From positions 11,036 through 75,035 of the forward strand of contig CAWHCQ010000007.1 of assembly GCA_963827755.1 (NCBI GenBank): DNA of 64,000 nt, in the 5' to 3' direction. Numbering within the stretch: position 1 is the first letter of the stretch; each line of letters opens with the position of its first letter. Source of the DNA: an uncultured Gammaproteobacteria bacterium (GTDB lineage: Bacteria; Pseudomonadota; Gammaproteobacteria; UBA9214). This document shows positions 44,737 to 54,499 of this stretch, one piece after another. Both the position numbers and the translations under genes were made by a program. The notes beneath the pieces were generated by a model. It was not told the DNA's origin, searched no databases, and saw nothing but the letters and a program-made list of their open reading frames with translations.

Positions 44737-45405
44737 ATGTCAACCAGCCAGACAGATTTTGAGCAGGCACGCTTCAATATGATCGAGCAACAGGTGCGCA
44801 CCTGGGAGGTCCTCGATCAGCGTGTACTGGATACCATGAACGCGATACCGCGGGAAAATTTTGTGCCGCAGCGCTACCGCTCACTGGCCTTTGCAGACAC
44901 CAATATCCCGCTCGGCAACAAGCAGGTGATGATGGCCCCCAAGGTCGAAGGCCGGCTGCTGCAGGCGCTGGGCATCACAGCAGAAGACAGCATCCTTGAG
45001 GTCGGTACCGGCAGTGGTTACCTGACGGCCTGTCTTGCAAGTCTTGGCAAGCATGTAACCAGCATCGATATCGAACCCGGCTTTACTGCCACGGCGGCCG
45101 AAAAACTTGCCGCGCAGGGTATTACCAATATCACGCTGGAAACGGCCGATGCCGCCAACGGGCTCGACAGCAGCGAACAATACGACGTGATTGCCGTGAC
45201 AGGTTCCCTGCCCCTGCTGCAACAACAGTTTCACGAGAACCTGAAAACCGGCGGCCGCCTGTTTGTGATCACCGGCAAGCTGCCGATCATGGAGGCCATG
45301 CTGATTACAAGGATCAACCGGGACAACTGGTCACGGGAGTGTTTGTTCGAGACCTGCATTCCACCGCTTGAACATGCCAGCAGGCCACAGGACTTTGTTT
45401 TTTGA
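44737..45405 (+). CDS. pcm: Pcm-family methyltransferase (tolC-associated paralogue)
   Basis: 'ARFNMIEQQVRTWEVLD', 'LEVGTGSGYLTA', 'LFET.IPPL'. Confidence 0.88.
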   Translation: MSTSQTDFEQARFNMIEQQVRTWEVLDQRVLDTMNAIPRENFVPQRYRSLAFADTNIPLGNKQVMMAPKVEGRLLQALGITAEDSILEVGTGSGYLTACLASLGKHVTSIDIEPGFTATAAEKLAAQGITNITLETADAANGLDSSEQYDVIAVTGSLPLLQQQFHENLKTGGRLFVITGKLPIMEAMLITRINRDNWSRECLFETCIPPLEHASRPQDFVF

Positions 45406-45498
45406 CATGCGTAAAGCAACATCAACTGAAAGCATGGCCGGCCTGGATACCCGGGCGTGTCATAGCAACACGCAGCTGACAACCTGCAGGGCCACATC

Positions 45499-46833
45499 AT
45501 GAATACCGGAATCCGTCTACGCCGAATCCTGCTGCTTTGCACCGGCCTGCTGGTTTTTTTTGCAGAACCGCTGCTGGCCGATGACCTGGAGTCTATCTAC
45601 CGGCTGGCACTCGATGCCGATCCGGAATACCAGGCGGCGATCGCAACGCATGCCGCGGCACTGGAGATCCTGCCGCAGAGCCGCGCCGCCCTGCTGCCCG
45701 ATATCGGCTTGAGCGGTAACGTATCAAGGGACCGTTTCGACCCGCGTAGCAGCGGCGACACGTCCTATGCAACCAACAAGACCTACAGTGTCGGTCTGCG
45801 CCAGGCCCTCTACCAGCGTGAACGTTTTGTAGCACTGCAACAGGCCGACAGTCGTATTGCACAGGCCGATGCCGAACTTGAAGCCGCGCGACAAAATCTG
45901 CTGCTGCGCGTCGCCACACTCTATTTCATTCAACTCGGTGCACAGGACAATCTTGAGTTTGTTGGCGCTGACAAGGACGCTATTGCACGCACGCTCGACC
46001 AGGCCGAGCAGCGCTTTGAAGTGGGCCTCGCGGCCATCACCGACAGCCTTGAAGCCAGGGCGCGCTTTCACACGGCCATCAGCGATGAAATCAATGCCGA
46101 ACAGCTGCTGGCCGATGCCGGTGAAGCGCTGCGCGAGCTGACCGGTGAAATGACCGGGACCCTGAAAATCCTGCAGCCGGAGATACCCCTGGCATCCCCG
46201 GATCCGGCCGACCAGGAGCAATGGGTCAGTGCCGCCGTTGAACAAAATCCGCAGCTGCTGGCAGCCAGGGCGGCGACCGAAACCGCAAAGCAGGAAATCG
46301 AGAGACAACGTTCCGGTCATTACCCAAGTCTTGATATGACCGCCGATGTCAGCTACCTGGACAACCGGTTTGGCGGCATTGCCGACGTGAAACGCAACGA
46401 CAGCAGTATCGGCCTGGAGTTTAACCTGCCCCTGTACCAGGGAGGACTGACATCCTCGCAGACACGGCAATCCCGCGCTGAATACAATGCCGCGATGGAA
46501 AACCAGGTCCTGCAGTACCGGGCCACGGAACGCCAGACACGTGACGACTACCGCGGTGTGATTTCCGGGATCAGCAAGGTTCGGGCGCTGCAGCGCGCGG
46601 TTGAATCCAATGAAAAAGCCGTTGAAGCTGCCGAAACCGGGTTCGAGGTCGGCACACGCACCGTCGTCGATGTACTGGACGCACAACGTGAATTATTGCG
46701 TGCCCGCCGCGATTATGCGCGTTCACGCTACGACTACCTGCTTGATACACTGCGCCTGAAGCAGGCCGCCGGTATCCTTGCCGGCGAAGACCTTGCACAA
46801 ATCAACGAATGGCTGATTTCGCAGCCAGAATAA
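45499..46833 (+). CDS. tolC: TolC-family outer membrane protein
   Basis: Signal peptide; 'RAALLP', 'RFEVGLAAITD', 'GHYPSL', 'PLYQGG', 'FEVGTRTVVDVLDA'. Confidence 0.92.
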   Translation: MNTGIRLRRILLLCTGLLVFFAEPLLADDLESIYRLALDADPEYQAAIATHAAALEILPQSRAALLPDIGLSGNVSRDRFDPRSSGDTSYATNKTYSVGLRQALYQRERFVALQQADSRIAQADAELEAARQNLLLRVATLYFIQLGAQDNLEFVGADKDAIARTLDQAEQRFEVGLAAITDSLEARARFHTAISDEINAEQLLADAGEALRELTGEMTGTLKILQPEIPLASPDPADQEQWVSAAVEQNPQLLAARAATETAKQEIERQRSGHYPSLDMTADVSYLDNRFGGIADVKRNDSSIGLEFNLPLYQGGLTSSQTRQSRAEYNAAMENQVLQYRATERQTRDDYRGVISGISKVRALQRAVESNEKAVEAAETGFEVGTRTVVDVLDAQRELLRARRDYARSRYDYLLDTLRLKQAAGILAGEDLAQINEWLISQPE

Positions 46834-46841
46834 TACCCGTT

Positions 46842-46951
46842 ACCTGCAGGAGCGGATCGCATCCGCGATATGCCCCTGCATGAACCCCGATCGCGCTTGA
46901 GAAGCGCTCCTGCAGGTTGACTGGCTATTGCAGGAGCGCCTTGCAGGCGCG
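46842..46951. repeat. REP cluster (three units)
   Basis: gcaggagcggatcgcatccgcgat / atcgcgcttgagaagcgctcctgc / gcaggagcgccttgcaggcgc. Confidence 0.88.
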
Positions 46952-46977
46952 GTAAACTCAGCCCGACAGGTTCCTGG

Positions 46978-47583
46978 TCACCACAGGGTCCAGCCCGAAT
47001 CCAGCCGGCTTTCGCACTGGGCCAGCTGCGTCTGGTAAAGCCCGGCCCGGTTTTCCACCTTCTTCGCCACCTTGATCAACCAGGGCTTTTGATTATAGGT
47101 CTTGCGCTTATACCCGCCATGACCTTCATGGTAGGCCAGGTACTGGTTATAGGTGTCGGATTTGGAAAGACCCAGCATCCTGTGACTGGTATTTACGTAC
47201 CAGCCGATAAAATCCACGGCATCGGCAAAGTTGTCCCGGTCAGCGCCACGATTACCGGACTTTTCAATGTACCAGTCCCAGGTCGTGTCCTTCGCCTGGG
47301 CATAGCCATAGGCTGAGGATGCCCGGCCCCAGGGTATTACCCAGAGCAGACGCTCCCGCGGCGGCCGGGCATCGTCGACGAACCTGGACTCCTGGTAGAT
47401 GATGGCCAGCTGCACGTCGACAGGCACCCCCCACTTTTCAGAGCTCTGCACGGCCGCCCGGTACCAGCCGCTCTTGTCCTCGAAAATGTCACAGCCATTG
47501 GTGATATTGGCGGGAGGCGAGGTGGAACAGGCGGTCAACAGGGACAGCATAAAACCTGTGAGCAATAATTTCCGGGTATTCAT
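46978..47583 (-). CDS. Lipoprotein with an SLT-like transglycosylase domain
   Basis: Lipobox LLTA-C; 'IIYQESRF', 'SSAYGYAQA', 'YLAYHEG'. Confidence 0.85.
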   Translation of the reverse strand: MNTRKLLLTGFMLSLLTACSTSPPANITNGCDIFEDKSGWYRAAVQSSEKWGVPVDVQLAIIYQESRFVDDARPPRERLLWVIPWGRASSAYGYAQAKDTTWDWYIEKSGNRGADRDNFADAVDFIGWYVNTSHRMLGLSKSDTYNQYLAYHEGHGGYKRKTYNQKPWLIKVAKKVENRAGLYQTQLAQCESRLDSGWTLW

Positions 47584-47790
47584 GTGGATGAGCCTATATC
47601 GGGGTATCGCTATAATGCCGGCATCGGGCTTTCGCTTGAATAATGAATACAGCAACATGCATCGCGAAGGCCCGGGTAATCGTCAATATGAGAACAGAAA
47701 AAAGACAGGGTATCAAGCGGGCCCTGAATGCTTCATGATGCATACATAATACGGGTACAGCAGTGAAATTTATTCACCGAATGGACAACC

Positions 47791-48324
47791 ATGACAAATA
47801 ATATGCCGCCGAATGACCTGCCGGGTTTTGACCAGCCACTGGCCCTTTTACGCGCCTGCCACGACAACATTCTTGCGCACTGTGATTTACTGGAAAAACT
47901 GCTTGACCACATGGCCGGGGCCGGTCCCGATGCAGAGGCGCGCAAAACCGCGGAAAAAATCAACCGCTATTTCTCGACCAGCGCCGAACTGCATCACCGC
48001 GACGAGGAAGAAGACCTGTTCCCCCGGCTCAACCGGCAATCACTGAAAATTGCCGAGCTGGTATACGGCCTGAAAAAAGAGCACCAACAGCTCGATACCC
48101 TCTGGAAGACACTGTCACCTGAACTGAAACGACTGCCCGCTGATGCATTCAGCGAGGAATTTGACAAGGCTGCCGCCGGGTTCTGCAGTCTCTACCGGGC
48201 GCATATCGACCGCGAAAACATGGAGTTTTTACCGCTGGTCGCCAACAGCCTGAGTCAGCAGGAACTCGCCGCAATCGGTGAATCCATGGCCGAGCGGCGC
48301 GGCGTTCCCTACCCGGCACGCTAG
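47791..48324 (+). CDS. Hemerythrin-domain protein
   Basis: 'LRACH', 'HHRDEEEDLFP', 'EH', 'HIDREN'. Confidence 0.88.
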   Translation: MTNNMPPNDLPGFDQPLALLRACHDNILAHCDLLEKLLDHMAGAGPDAEARKTAEKINRYFSTSAELHHRDEEEDLFPRLNRQSLKIAELVYGLKKEHQQLDTLWKTLSPELKRLPADAFSEEFDKAAAGFCSLYRAHIDRENMEFLPLVANSLSQQELAAIGESMAERRGVPYPAR

Positions 48325-48369
48325 CGATCCCTCACAGACCCCGGCCGTCTATTTATCTCCATATAAAAC

Positions 48370-48460
48370 GTAGGAGCCAGCGCCAGCTGGCGAAGGATAT
48401 TTCCACCGATCTCGGCTGCAGACATATTGCGACCATTCGCCAGCTGGCGCTGGCTCCTGC
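48370..48460. repeat. REP doublet
   Basis: gtaggagccagcgccagctggcgaa...ttcgccagctggcgctggctcctgc. Confidence 0.92.
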
Positions 48461-48471
48461 ATGCTGTTTGA

Positions 48472-49732
48472 TTACAGGTAACGCTCGATCATTGCCAGCA
48501 CCTTGTTCAGGGCGCCGCGGTTCTTCGCGACGACCGCGCGGCCGAGTTCGCCGACACGGTGGCGCTCATTGGCATCACCCAGCCAGCGCACCACTGTTTG
48601 CTCAAGTTCGGCGGGGCTTTCAACCTTTTCACAGGCACCCGCATCCTGCAGCAACCGGGTGATGGCGATAAAATTAAACACATGCGGCCCGGTGACGACG
48701 GGGATACCCAATGCTGCAGGCTCGAGCGGGTTGTGTCCGCCGTGGCGGACCAGGCTGCCGCCGACAAAGGCAACATCGGCTGCCGCATAGAACAGCGGCA
48801 ACTCCCCCATCGAATCGCCGATAAAGATACTGGTTTCAGCAAGGCAGGGTTGCCTGTCACTGCGCCGCACCGTGTTGTAGCCGCGATTGCGGCATAACGC
48901 CGCAACCGACTCAAAACGTTCCGGGTGACGCGGTACCAGTACCAGCAGGCAATCACTGAACTGCTTGCGTACCTGGCGGAAGACATCCAGCAGGATCTCA
49001 TCTTCACCCTGATGCGTACTCGCCGCTATCCAGACCGGACGCCCGACACCCCATTCGCGTCGCAGCGCCTCGGCACTCTCGAACAGGCTGGACGGGATCT
49101 TTTGTTCGAATTTCATATTACCCGTGACCGTGATGGTCCCGCCGTCCGCACCCAGGCTCTCAAAATGTTCTGCATCCTGTTCGCTCTGCGCGGCGATCTC
49201 GGTGACTGCGGACAGCGTTTCGGATATCAGGCGAGCGAACCTTGCGATAACCCGACACGGACCGGGCCGAGAGGCGGGCATTGACCAGCAATAACGGGAT
49301 ATGGCCAACCCGACAGGCATAATAAAGGTTCGGCCACAGTTCGGTTTCCATAACGATGGCAAGCTGTGGCCTGACACGACCAAGAAACCGGCCAACTGCG
49401 CCCGGCAGGTCATACGGTGCGTAGACATGCGCAACTTCGCTGTCAAACAGGGCCTGCACCCTCGCCGAACCTGTGGGTGTCACGGTTGTTACGAGAATCG
49501 AGTACGCCGGGTAGCGATCCAGCAAGGCACGCACCAGCGGCTCGGCCGCCTGCACTTCTCCAACCGAGACGGCATGTATCCAGATGACATGCTTGCCAAG
49601 GGTCGGTGTTATGGCACCAAAACGCTCCGCCCAGCGACGCCGGTAGTCAGGGACAGCCAGTCCCCGCCACGCCAGGCGAACAAGGACAAGCGGCGCCAGC
49701 AGGTAAAGCAACAGGGTATAGAATTTTCTCAA
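48472..49732 (-). CDS. waaA: Kdo transferase, with indels around 49230-49280
   Basis: 'WIHAVSVGE', 'ETELWPN', 'NARLS' in ORF 49160-49732; 'TGNMKF', 'AASTH.GE', 'VPRHPERF', 'GGHNPLEPA' in ORF 48472-49446. Confidence 0.92.
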
Positions 49733-49757
49733 TGGTAATTCACTGCTATCTCGTTAA

Positions 49758-49856
49758 CCCCCTCTCGGCAATTGCTCCATGCATCGCCTAAAGCGCCTGC
49801 TTTTGGTGCTCTACCTCCTGCATCCCTGCAGTCGTCCCGCCGGGAGAGGGCCGGGG
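49758..49856. repeat. CCCTCTCCC/GGGAGAGGG hairpin interrupted by a 68-bp insert
   Basis: Removing 49767-49834 and one TC copy restores ccctctccc-gcc-gggagaggg. Confidence 0.75.
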
Positions 49857-49891
49857 ATCAGATTTAAATGCAACTTGTCAGGATTACTGCG

Positions 49892-50842
49892 CTATTCCTG
49901 CTGCGCCAGCCAGTCCATGTACAGTGGCACGCCCTCTTCCACCGGCTTGAAGGGCTTGTCATATCCGGCGGCACGCAATGCAGAAATATCTGCCTCGGTA
50001 TAACTCTGGTAACAGCCGCGCAGGTGATCGGGGAAAGGAATGTATTCAATCTCCCCCTTTCCATGCCAGCCGATCACGGCAAGACCGACATCCTTGAAAC
50101 TCTGGCAACGACCGGTTCCAAGGTTGAAGATACCGGAAGCATCCGGGTTGTCCATGAACCAGAGGTTCACATCGACAACATCGGCAACGTAAATAAAATC
50201 CCGGCGCTGTTCGCCGTCGCCATAACCCTCGGCACCCGCAAACAAACGCGGATTCTCTCCCGCCTTCATTTGCTGCCTGAGGTGGTAGGCGACACTCGCC
50301 ATACTGCCCTTGTGCTGTTCACGCGGTCCGTAGACGTTGAAATAGCGGAAGCCTGCAACCTGGCTTTTTGCACCGGGCAGGATACGCCGCACGTACTGGT
50401 CGAACAGGAACTTGGAATAGCCGTACACGTTCAGCGGCGCCTCATGGTCACGGGACTCGCTGAATACCTGGCCGCCCCCGTAAACCGAGGCTGAAGAGGC
50501 GTACAGACAGGCCGCCCGGTTATCCAGGCAGTAATGCAGCAGCAACTTCGAGAATTCGTAGTTGTTGGCCATCATGTATTTACCATCCCACTCCGTGGTT
50601 GAAGAGCAGGCTCCCTCGTGAAAGATGACATCGACCTTGCCGCCCAGGCCAGCGCCGCTACTCACTTTCCCGATAAAGTCATCCTTGTCGAGGTAATCGA
50701 GGATTTCACAATCCACCAGGTTGCGGAATTTCTTGCCCTCCTTGAGGTCATCGACGACCAGGATATCCTCGCGCCCCCGCTCATTGAGGCCCTTCACGAT
50801 GTTGCTGCCGATAAAGCCGGCACCGCCCGTCACAATAATCAT
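49892..50842 (-). CDS. hldD: ADP-L-glycero-D-manno-heptose 6-epimerase
   Basis: '[13 protein letters not shown]', '[13 protein letters not shown]', 'PLNVYGYSK', '[19 protein letters not shown]'. Confidence 0.97.
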   Translation of the reverse strand: MIIVTGGAGFIGSNIVKGLNERGREDILVVDDLKEGKKFRNLVDCEILDYLDKDDFIGKVSSGAGLGGKVDVIFHEGACSSTTEWDGKYMMANNYEFSKLLLHYCLDNRAACLYASSASVYGGGQVFSESRDHEAPLNVYGYSKFLFDQYVRRILPGAKSQVAGFRYFNVYGPREQHKGSMASVAYHLRQQMKAGENPRLFAGAEGYGDGEQRRDFIYVADVVDVNLWFMDNPDASGIFNLGTGRCQSFKDVGLAVIGWHGKGEIEYIPFPDHLRGCYQSYTEADISALRAAGYDKPFKPVEEGVPLYMDWLAQQE

Positions 50843-50948
50843 GCTTGTTCCCTGTTATTAACCGGTTTGTATAAACAAATAATCTCTCGCCAGAACGCAA
50901 ATATAAACCACATGGATGCAGGCGTCCCACCAGGACAACAACACCCCC

Positions 50949-51101
50949 TGTAGGAGCGGATCTCATCCGCGATGACACGGCCGGTGCGAGCCCCGATCGC
51001 GCTTGAGAAGCGCTCCTACAATTCACATCAACACCTGTAGGAGCCAGCGCCAGCTGGCGAACACCTCGCGAACCCCTTCGCCAGCTGGCGCTGGCTCCTA
51101 C
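50949..51101. repeat. Two adjacent REP doublets; the last unit overlaps the hldE stop
   Basis: tgtaggagcggatctcatccgcgat...atcgcgcttgagaagcgctcctaca; tgtaggagccagcgcc...ctggctcctac. Confidence 0.92.
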
Positions 51102-52528
51102 GGGTCCTGCTGCCGAATGGTTTCGATAATATCGCTGGTCGAGCAGCCGTCTTCAAAATCAAGCACAACCACTTCGCCGCCATTTCGGGTTACACAGTCA
51201 TAGCCGGCAATATCCCCGGGCTTGTAATCACCGCCCTTCACCAGCAGGTCGGGGTTGATCTCGCAAATCAGCCGCTCGGGCGTATCTTCTGAAAACGGCA
51301 CCACCCAATCAACACGTTCAAGCGCGGCAAGCACCGTCATGCGGCGGTCCACGGGATTGATCGGCCGGCCCTTGCCCTTGAGCCGCCTGACGGAATCGTC
51401 GTCGTTCACGGCCACGATCAGGCGATCGCCCAGGCGCCGCGCCTGGTTCAGGTATGTCACGTGCCCGGCATGGAGGATATCAAAGCAGCCATTGGTCATG
51501 ACTATCCGCTCGCCATGTAAACGCGCATCCTCAACGGCAATCTGCAGCTGGGACTGGTTCATGACACCAAAACCGGCATCCTGGCCGACGAGCACGGAGC
51601 GTCGCAACTCCGGGACCGACACGCTCGCCGTACCCAGCTTGCCAACCACGATGCCGGCTGCCAGGTTGGCCAGTGCCGTCGCCGCCGGCAAGTCCTCGCC
51701 CGCCGCCAGTGCCGCAGCCAGTACCGAGATCACGGTATCCCCGGCACCGGTGACATCAAACACCTCTTGCGCATGGGTTGGTAAATGCAGTTCGGGCTCG
51801 CCCTTGCGCAGCAGCGTCATGCCATGTTCACCGCGCGTTACCAGCAGGGCCTGCAGGTCAAGGATGTCTATCAGTGCAGCACTCTTTTCAACCATCTCCT
51901 GTTCGCTGTTGCAAACACCGACAACCTGTTCGAATTCGGCCATGTTCGGTGTAACCAGGGTCGCCCCCGAGTAGGCGGTAAAGTCGAGTGACTTGGGATC
52001 GACCAGCACCGGCTTGCCGGCATCGCGTGCCGCCGCAATCAGCTGTTCAATCTGCGCCAGGGTCCCCTTGCCGTAGTCCGACAGCACCACGACATCACAG
52101 TTTTCCAGTTCCTGCCGGTATGTCTGCAGCATGTCATCGGTATTGACCGCCGCGAAGCCGTCTTCGAAATCCAGCCGGATCAGTTGCTGATGCCGGCTGA
52201 TGACACGCAGCTTGGTGACGGTCGGGGTATCCGCAATTCTCCGGAAAACGCATTTGATGCCGGCGCCACCGAGCAATGCCTCCAGCGAATCCGCCGCGTC
52301 ATCATCGCCGGTGATGCCCAGCAGGCAGGTCTGCGCACCGAGCGAGGAAATATTCAGCGCCACGTTGGCGGCCCCGCCGGCACGTTCCTCCGAATGCCCC
52401 ACATGGACAACCGGGACCGGCGCTTCGGGGGAAATACGCGAGGTGGCACCGTGCCAGTAGCGGTCGAGCATGACATCGCCGACGACGAGTACACGCGCCC
52501 TGTCAAACGCGGGGATCTGAATTTTCAT
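51098..52528 (-). CDS. hldE: Bifunctional heptose-7-phosphate kinase / heptose-1-phosphate adenylyltransferase
   Basis: '[10 protein letters not shown]...[10 protein letters not shown]', 'DVTGAGDTV', '[12 protein letters not shown]', 'KGGDY'. Confidence 0.97.
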   Translation of the reverse strand: MKIQIPAFDRARVLVVGDVMLDRYWHGATSRISPEAPVPVVHVGHSEERAGGAANVALNISSLGAQTCLLGITGDDDAADSLEALLGGAGIKCVFRRIADTPTVTKLRVISRHQQLIRLDFEDGFAAVNTDDMLQTYRQELENCDVVVLSDYGKGTLAQIEQLIAAARDAGKPVLVDPKSLDFTAYSGATLVTPNMAEFEQVVGVCNSEQEMVEKSAALIDILDLQALLVTRGEHGMTLLRKGEPELHLPTHAQEVFDVTGAGDTVISVLAAALAAGEDLPAATALANLAAGIVVGKLGTASVSVPELRRSVLVGQDAGFGVMNQSQLQIAVEDARLHGERIVMTNGCFDILHAGHVTYLNQARRLGDRLIVAVNDDDSVRRLKGKGRPINPVDRRMTVLAALERVDWVVPFSEDTPERLICEINPDLLVKGGDYKPGDIAGYDCVTRNGGEVVVLDFEDGCSTSDIIETIRQQDP

Positions 52529-52637
52529 GGCAGAAACAAATTCACAATCAATAAATTGCGGGGAATAATAGCACAAGCCGGCGGCGGCATATTCTCTGGT
52601 TGCCGCCCGTCGTGAACGCTACAATCACTCCACGCCC

Positions 52638-53561
52638 ATGAACAGCCGACCCTATTCAATCCGGTACTGGCCGACCTGGTCGGGACTGGGACTGCTCTGG
52701 TGCCTGTCCCGCCTGCCCTATGCCTGGCAGACGGGTATCGGGCGCCTGCTTGGCAACGTGTTCCTGAGGTTTGCCTCAAGCCGCAGGCAAATTGCGGAAG
52801 TGAACTTCTCGTTGTGCTTTCCGGAGCTTACTGCGCAGCAAAGGCAAACACTGCTGGCCGATCATTTCGCCTCGCTGGGCATCGGCATCATGGAAACGGC
52901 CATGAGCTGGTGGGCAACGAAGAAGCAGCTGGAGAAACTGGTAAAAATAGACGGTCTCCAACACCTGCATGATGCATTGCAGGGCGGCAAGGGCGTCATC
53001 CTGCTGAGCGCGCATTTCACCACCCTCGAAATCGGCGGCCGCCTGCTCGCGCTGCACGCGCCCTTTCATGTCATGTACAGAAAGCACAAGAACCCGGTGA
53101 TCGAACAGGTCATGCGCAAGGCGCGTATCCGCAACTTTGACAGGGCCATCCCGCGCAAGGACCTGCGCACCCTGCTGCAGAGCCTGAAACAGAACATGCC
53201 GGTCTGGTACGCCCCCGACCAGGACTATGGCGCGAAGCACAGTATCTTCGCACCGTTCTTTGGCATACCGGCGGCATCGATCACCGCCACATCCCGAATT
53301 GCGCGCATGAGTGGCGCCGCCATCGTGCCGTTCTTTCAAACCCGCCTGCCGGACAACAGGGGTTACCGGCTGACGCTCTACCCGGCGCTGCAGGACTTTC
53401 CCGGGGAAGATATCGAGCAGGACACCCGGCGGATCAATCAACTGATAGAGGCACAAATCAGGGAGCAGCCTGAACAATATCTCTGGGTACATCGCCGTTT
53501 CAAGACCCGGCCACCCGGGGAGGCAAAACTCTACAAGCCGCGCCGCAAAAGGCGCAAATAA
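52638..53561 (+). CDS. lpxL: Lipid A (Kdo2-lipid IVA) acyltransferase
   Basis: 'HFTTLE', 'WYAPDQDYG', 'PFFG', 'PEQYLWVHRRFKTRP'. Confidence 0.92.
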   Translation: MNSRPYSIRYWPTWSGLGLLWCLSRLPYAWQTGIGRLLGNVFLRFASSRRQIAEVNFSLCFPELTAQQRQTLLADHFASLGIGIMETAMSWWATKKQLEKLVKIDGLQHLHDALQGGKGVILLSAHFTTLEIGGRLLALHAPFHVMYRKHKNPVIEQVMRKARIRNFDRAIPRKDLRTLLQSLKQNMPVWYAPDQDYGAKHSIFAPFFGIPAASITATSRIARMSGAAIVPFFQTRLPDNRGYRLTLYPALQDFPGEDIEQDTRRINQLIEAQIREQPEQYLWVHRRFKTRPPGEAKLYKPRRKRRK

Positions 53562-53563
53562 CC

Positions 53564-54499
53564 ATGCCTGTCGCTGCAACCGACAGCACGCGCAGCATCC
53601 TGCTGATCACGCTGAGCAATATCGGTGACGCCGTGATGACCACCCCGGTCATCGAGGCCCTGCATGACCGCTACCCGCAGGCCGTCATGGATATCGTCAC
53701 CGATGCACGCGCCAGCGCCCTGTTCGAACACTGTCCCTGCCGCGGGGAAATCATTCTCAAGCACAAGGGCTGGCGCGGCACGCTGGCGCTGCTGCAACGG
53801 CTGCGTACGAGACGCTACGACCTGGTCGTTGATCTGCGCACCGATGGCCTGACCCTGTTGGTGCGCGCCCGGCGCAAACTCACCCGCCGCGGCCACAGGA
53901 AGGCGGCAGCGCATGCCGTCGAGAGGCACTTTGCCGTCATCAGCCAGGCCGTGCAGCCGGCGGTGATTCCGTCCCAGCAAGTCTGGCTGAGCGAATCCGA
54001 ACGGGCCTTCGCACGCCGGCAGCTGGCCGTGCTGCCCGGAGAGCACTGGCTGGCACTGGGCCCGGGCGCGCGCTGGGCGCCGAAATGCTGGTCGCCGGAT
54101 AACTACAGTGCGCTGGCCAACCAGCTGGCGGAGCACTTCGATGGCGTGATCCTGCTGGGCAGTGAAGCCGACATGCCCGCCTGCCGGCAGATCGCGGACA
54201 AGCTGACGCAAGCATGCTGCAACCTTGCCGGAAAGACCGGCCTGCTGCAGGCCGCAGCCATTCTCGAACAGGCGCAGGTTTTCGTCGGCAATGACTCGGG
54301 ACCGGGGCATCTCGCCGCAGCCGGCGGCACGCCGACGGTGACGCTGTTCGGTCCCGGTGACCCGCAGCGCTATCACCCCTGGCACCCGCAGGCCCGCTGG
54401 GTACAGCCTGAAGACCGGCGTATGCAGGGTGTCAGCGTCAGCCGGGTTGTCGAGCTGGTCCTGGATTCACTTCAGGCAGGCGCACATCCTGCGAAATAG
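53564..54499 (+). CDS. GT9 (heptosyltransferase-like) glycosyltransferase
   Basis: 'SNIGDAVMTTP', 'PGA.W..K.W', 'GNDSGPGHLAAA', 'LFGP'. Confidence 0.88.
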   Translation: MPVAATDSTRSILLITLSNIGDAVMTTPVIEALHDRYPQAVMDIVTDARASALFEHCPCRGEIILKHKGWRGTLALLQRLRTRRYDLVVDLRTDGLTLLVRARRKLTRRGHRKAAAHAVERHFAVISQAVQPAVIPSQQVWLSESERAFARRQLAVLPGEHWLALGPGARWAPKCWSPDNYSALANQLAEHFDGVILLGSEADMPACRQIADKLTQACCNLAGKTGLLQAAAILEQAQVFVGNDSGPGHLAAAGGTPTVTLFGPGDPQRYHPWHPQARWVQPEDRRMQGVSVSRVVELVLDSLQAGAHPAK

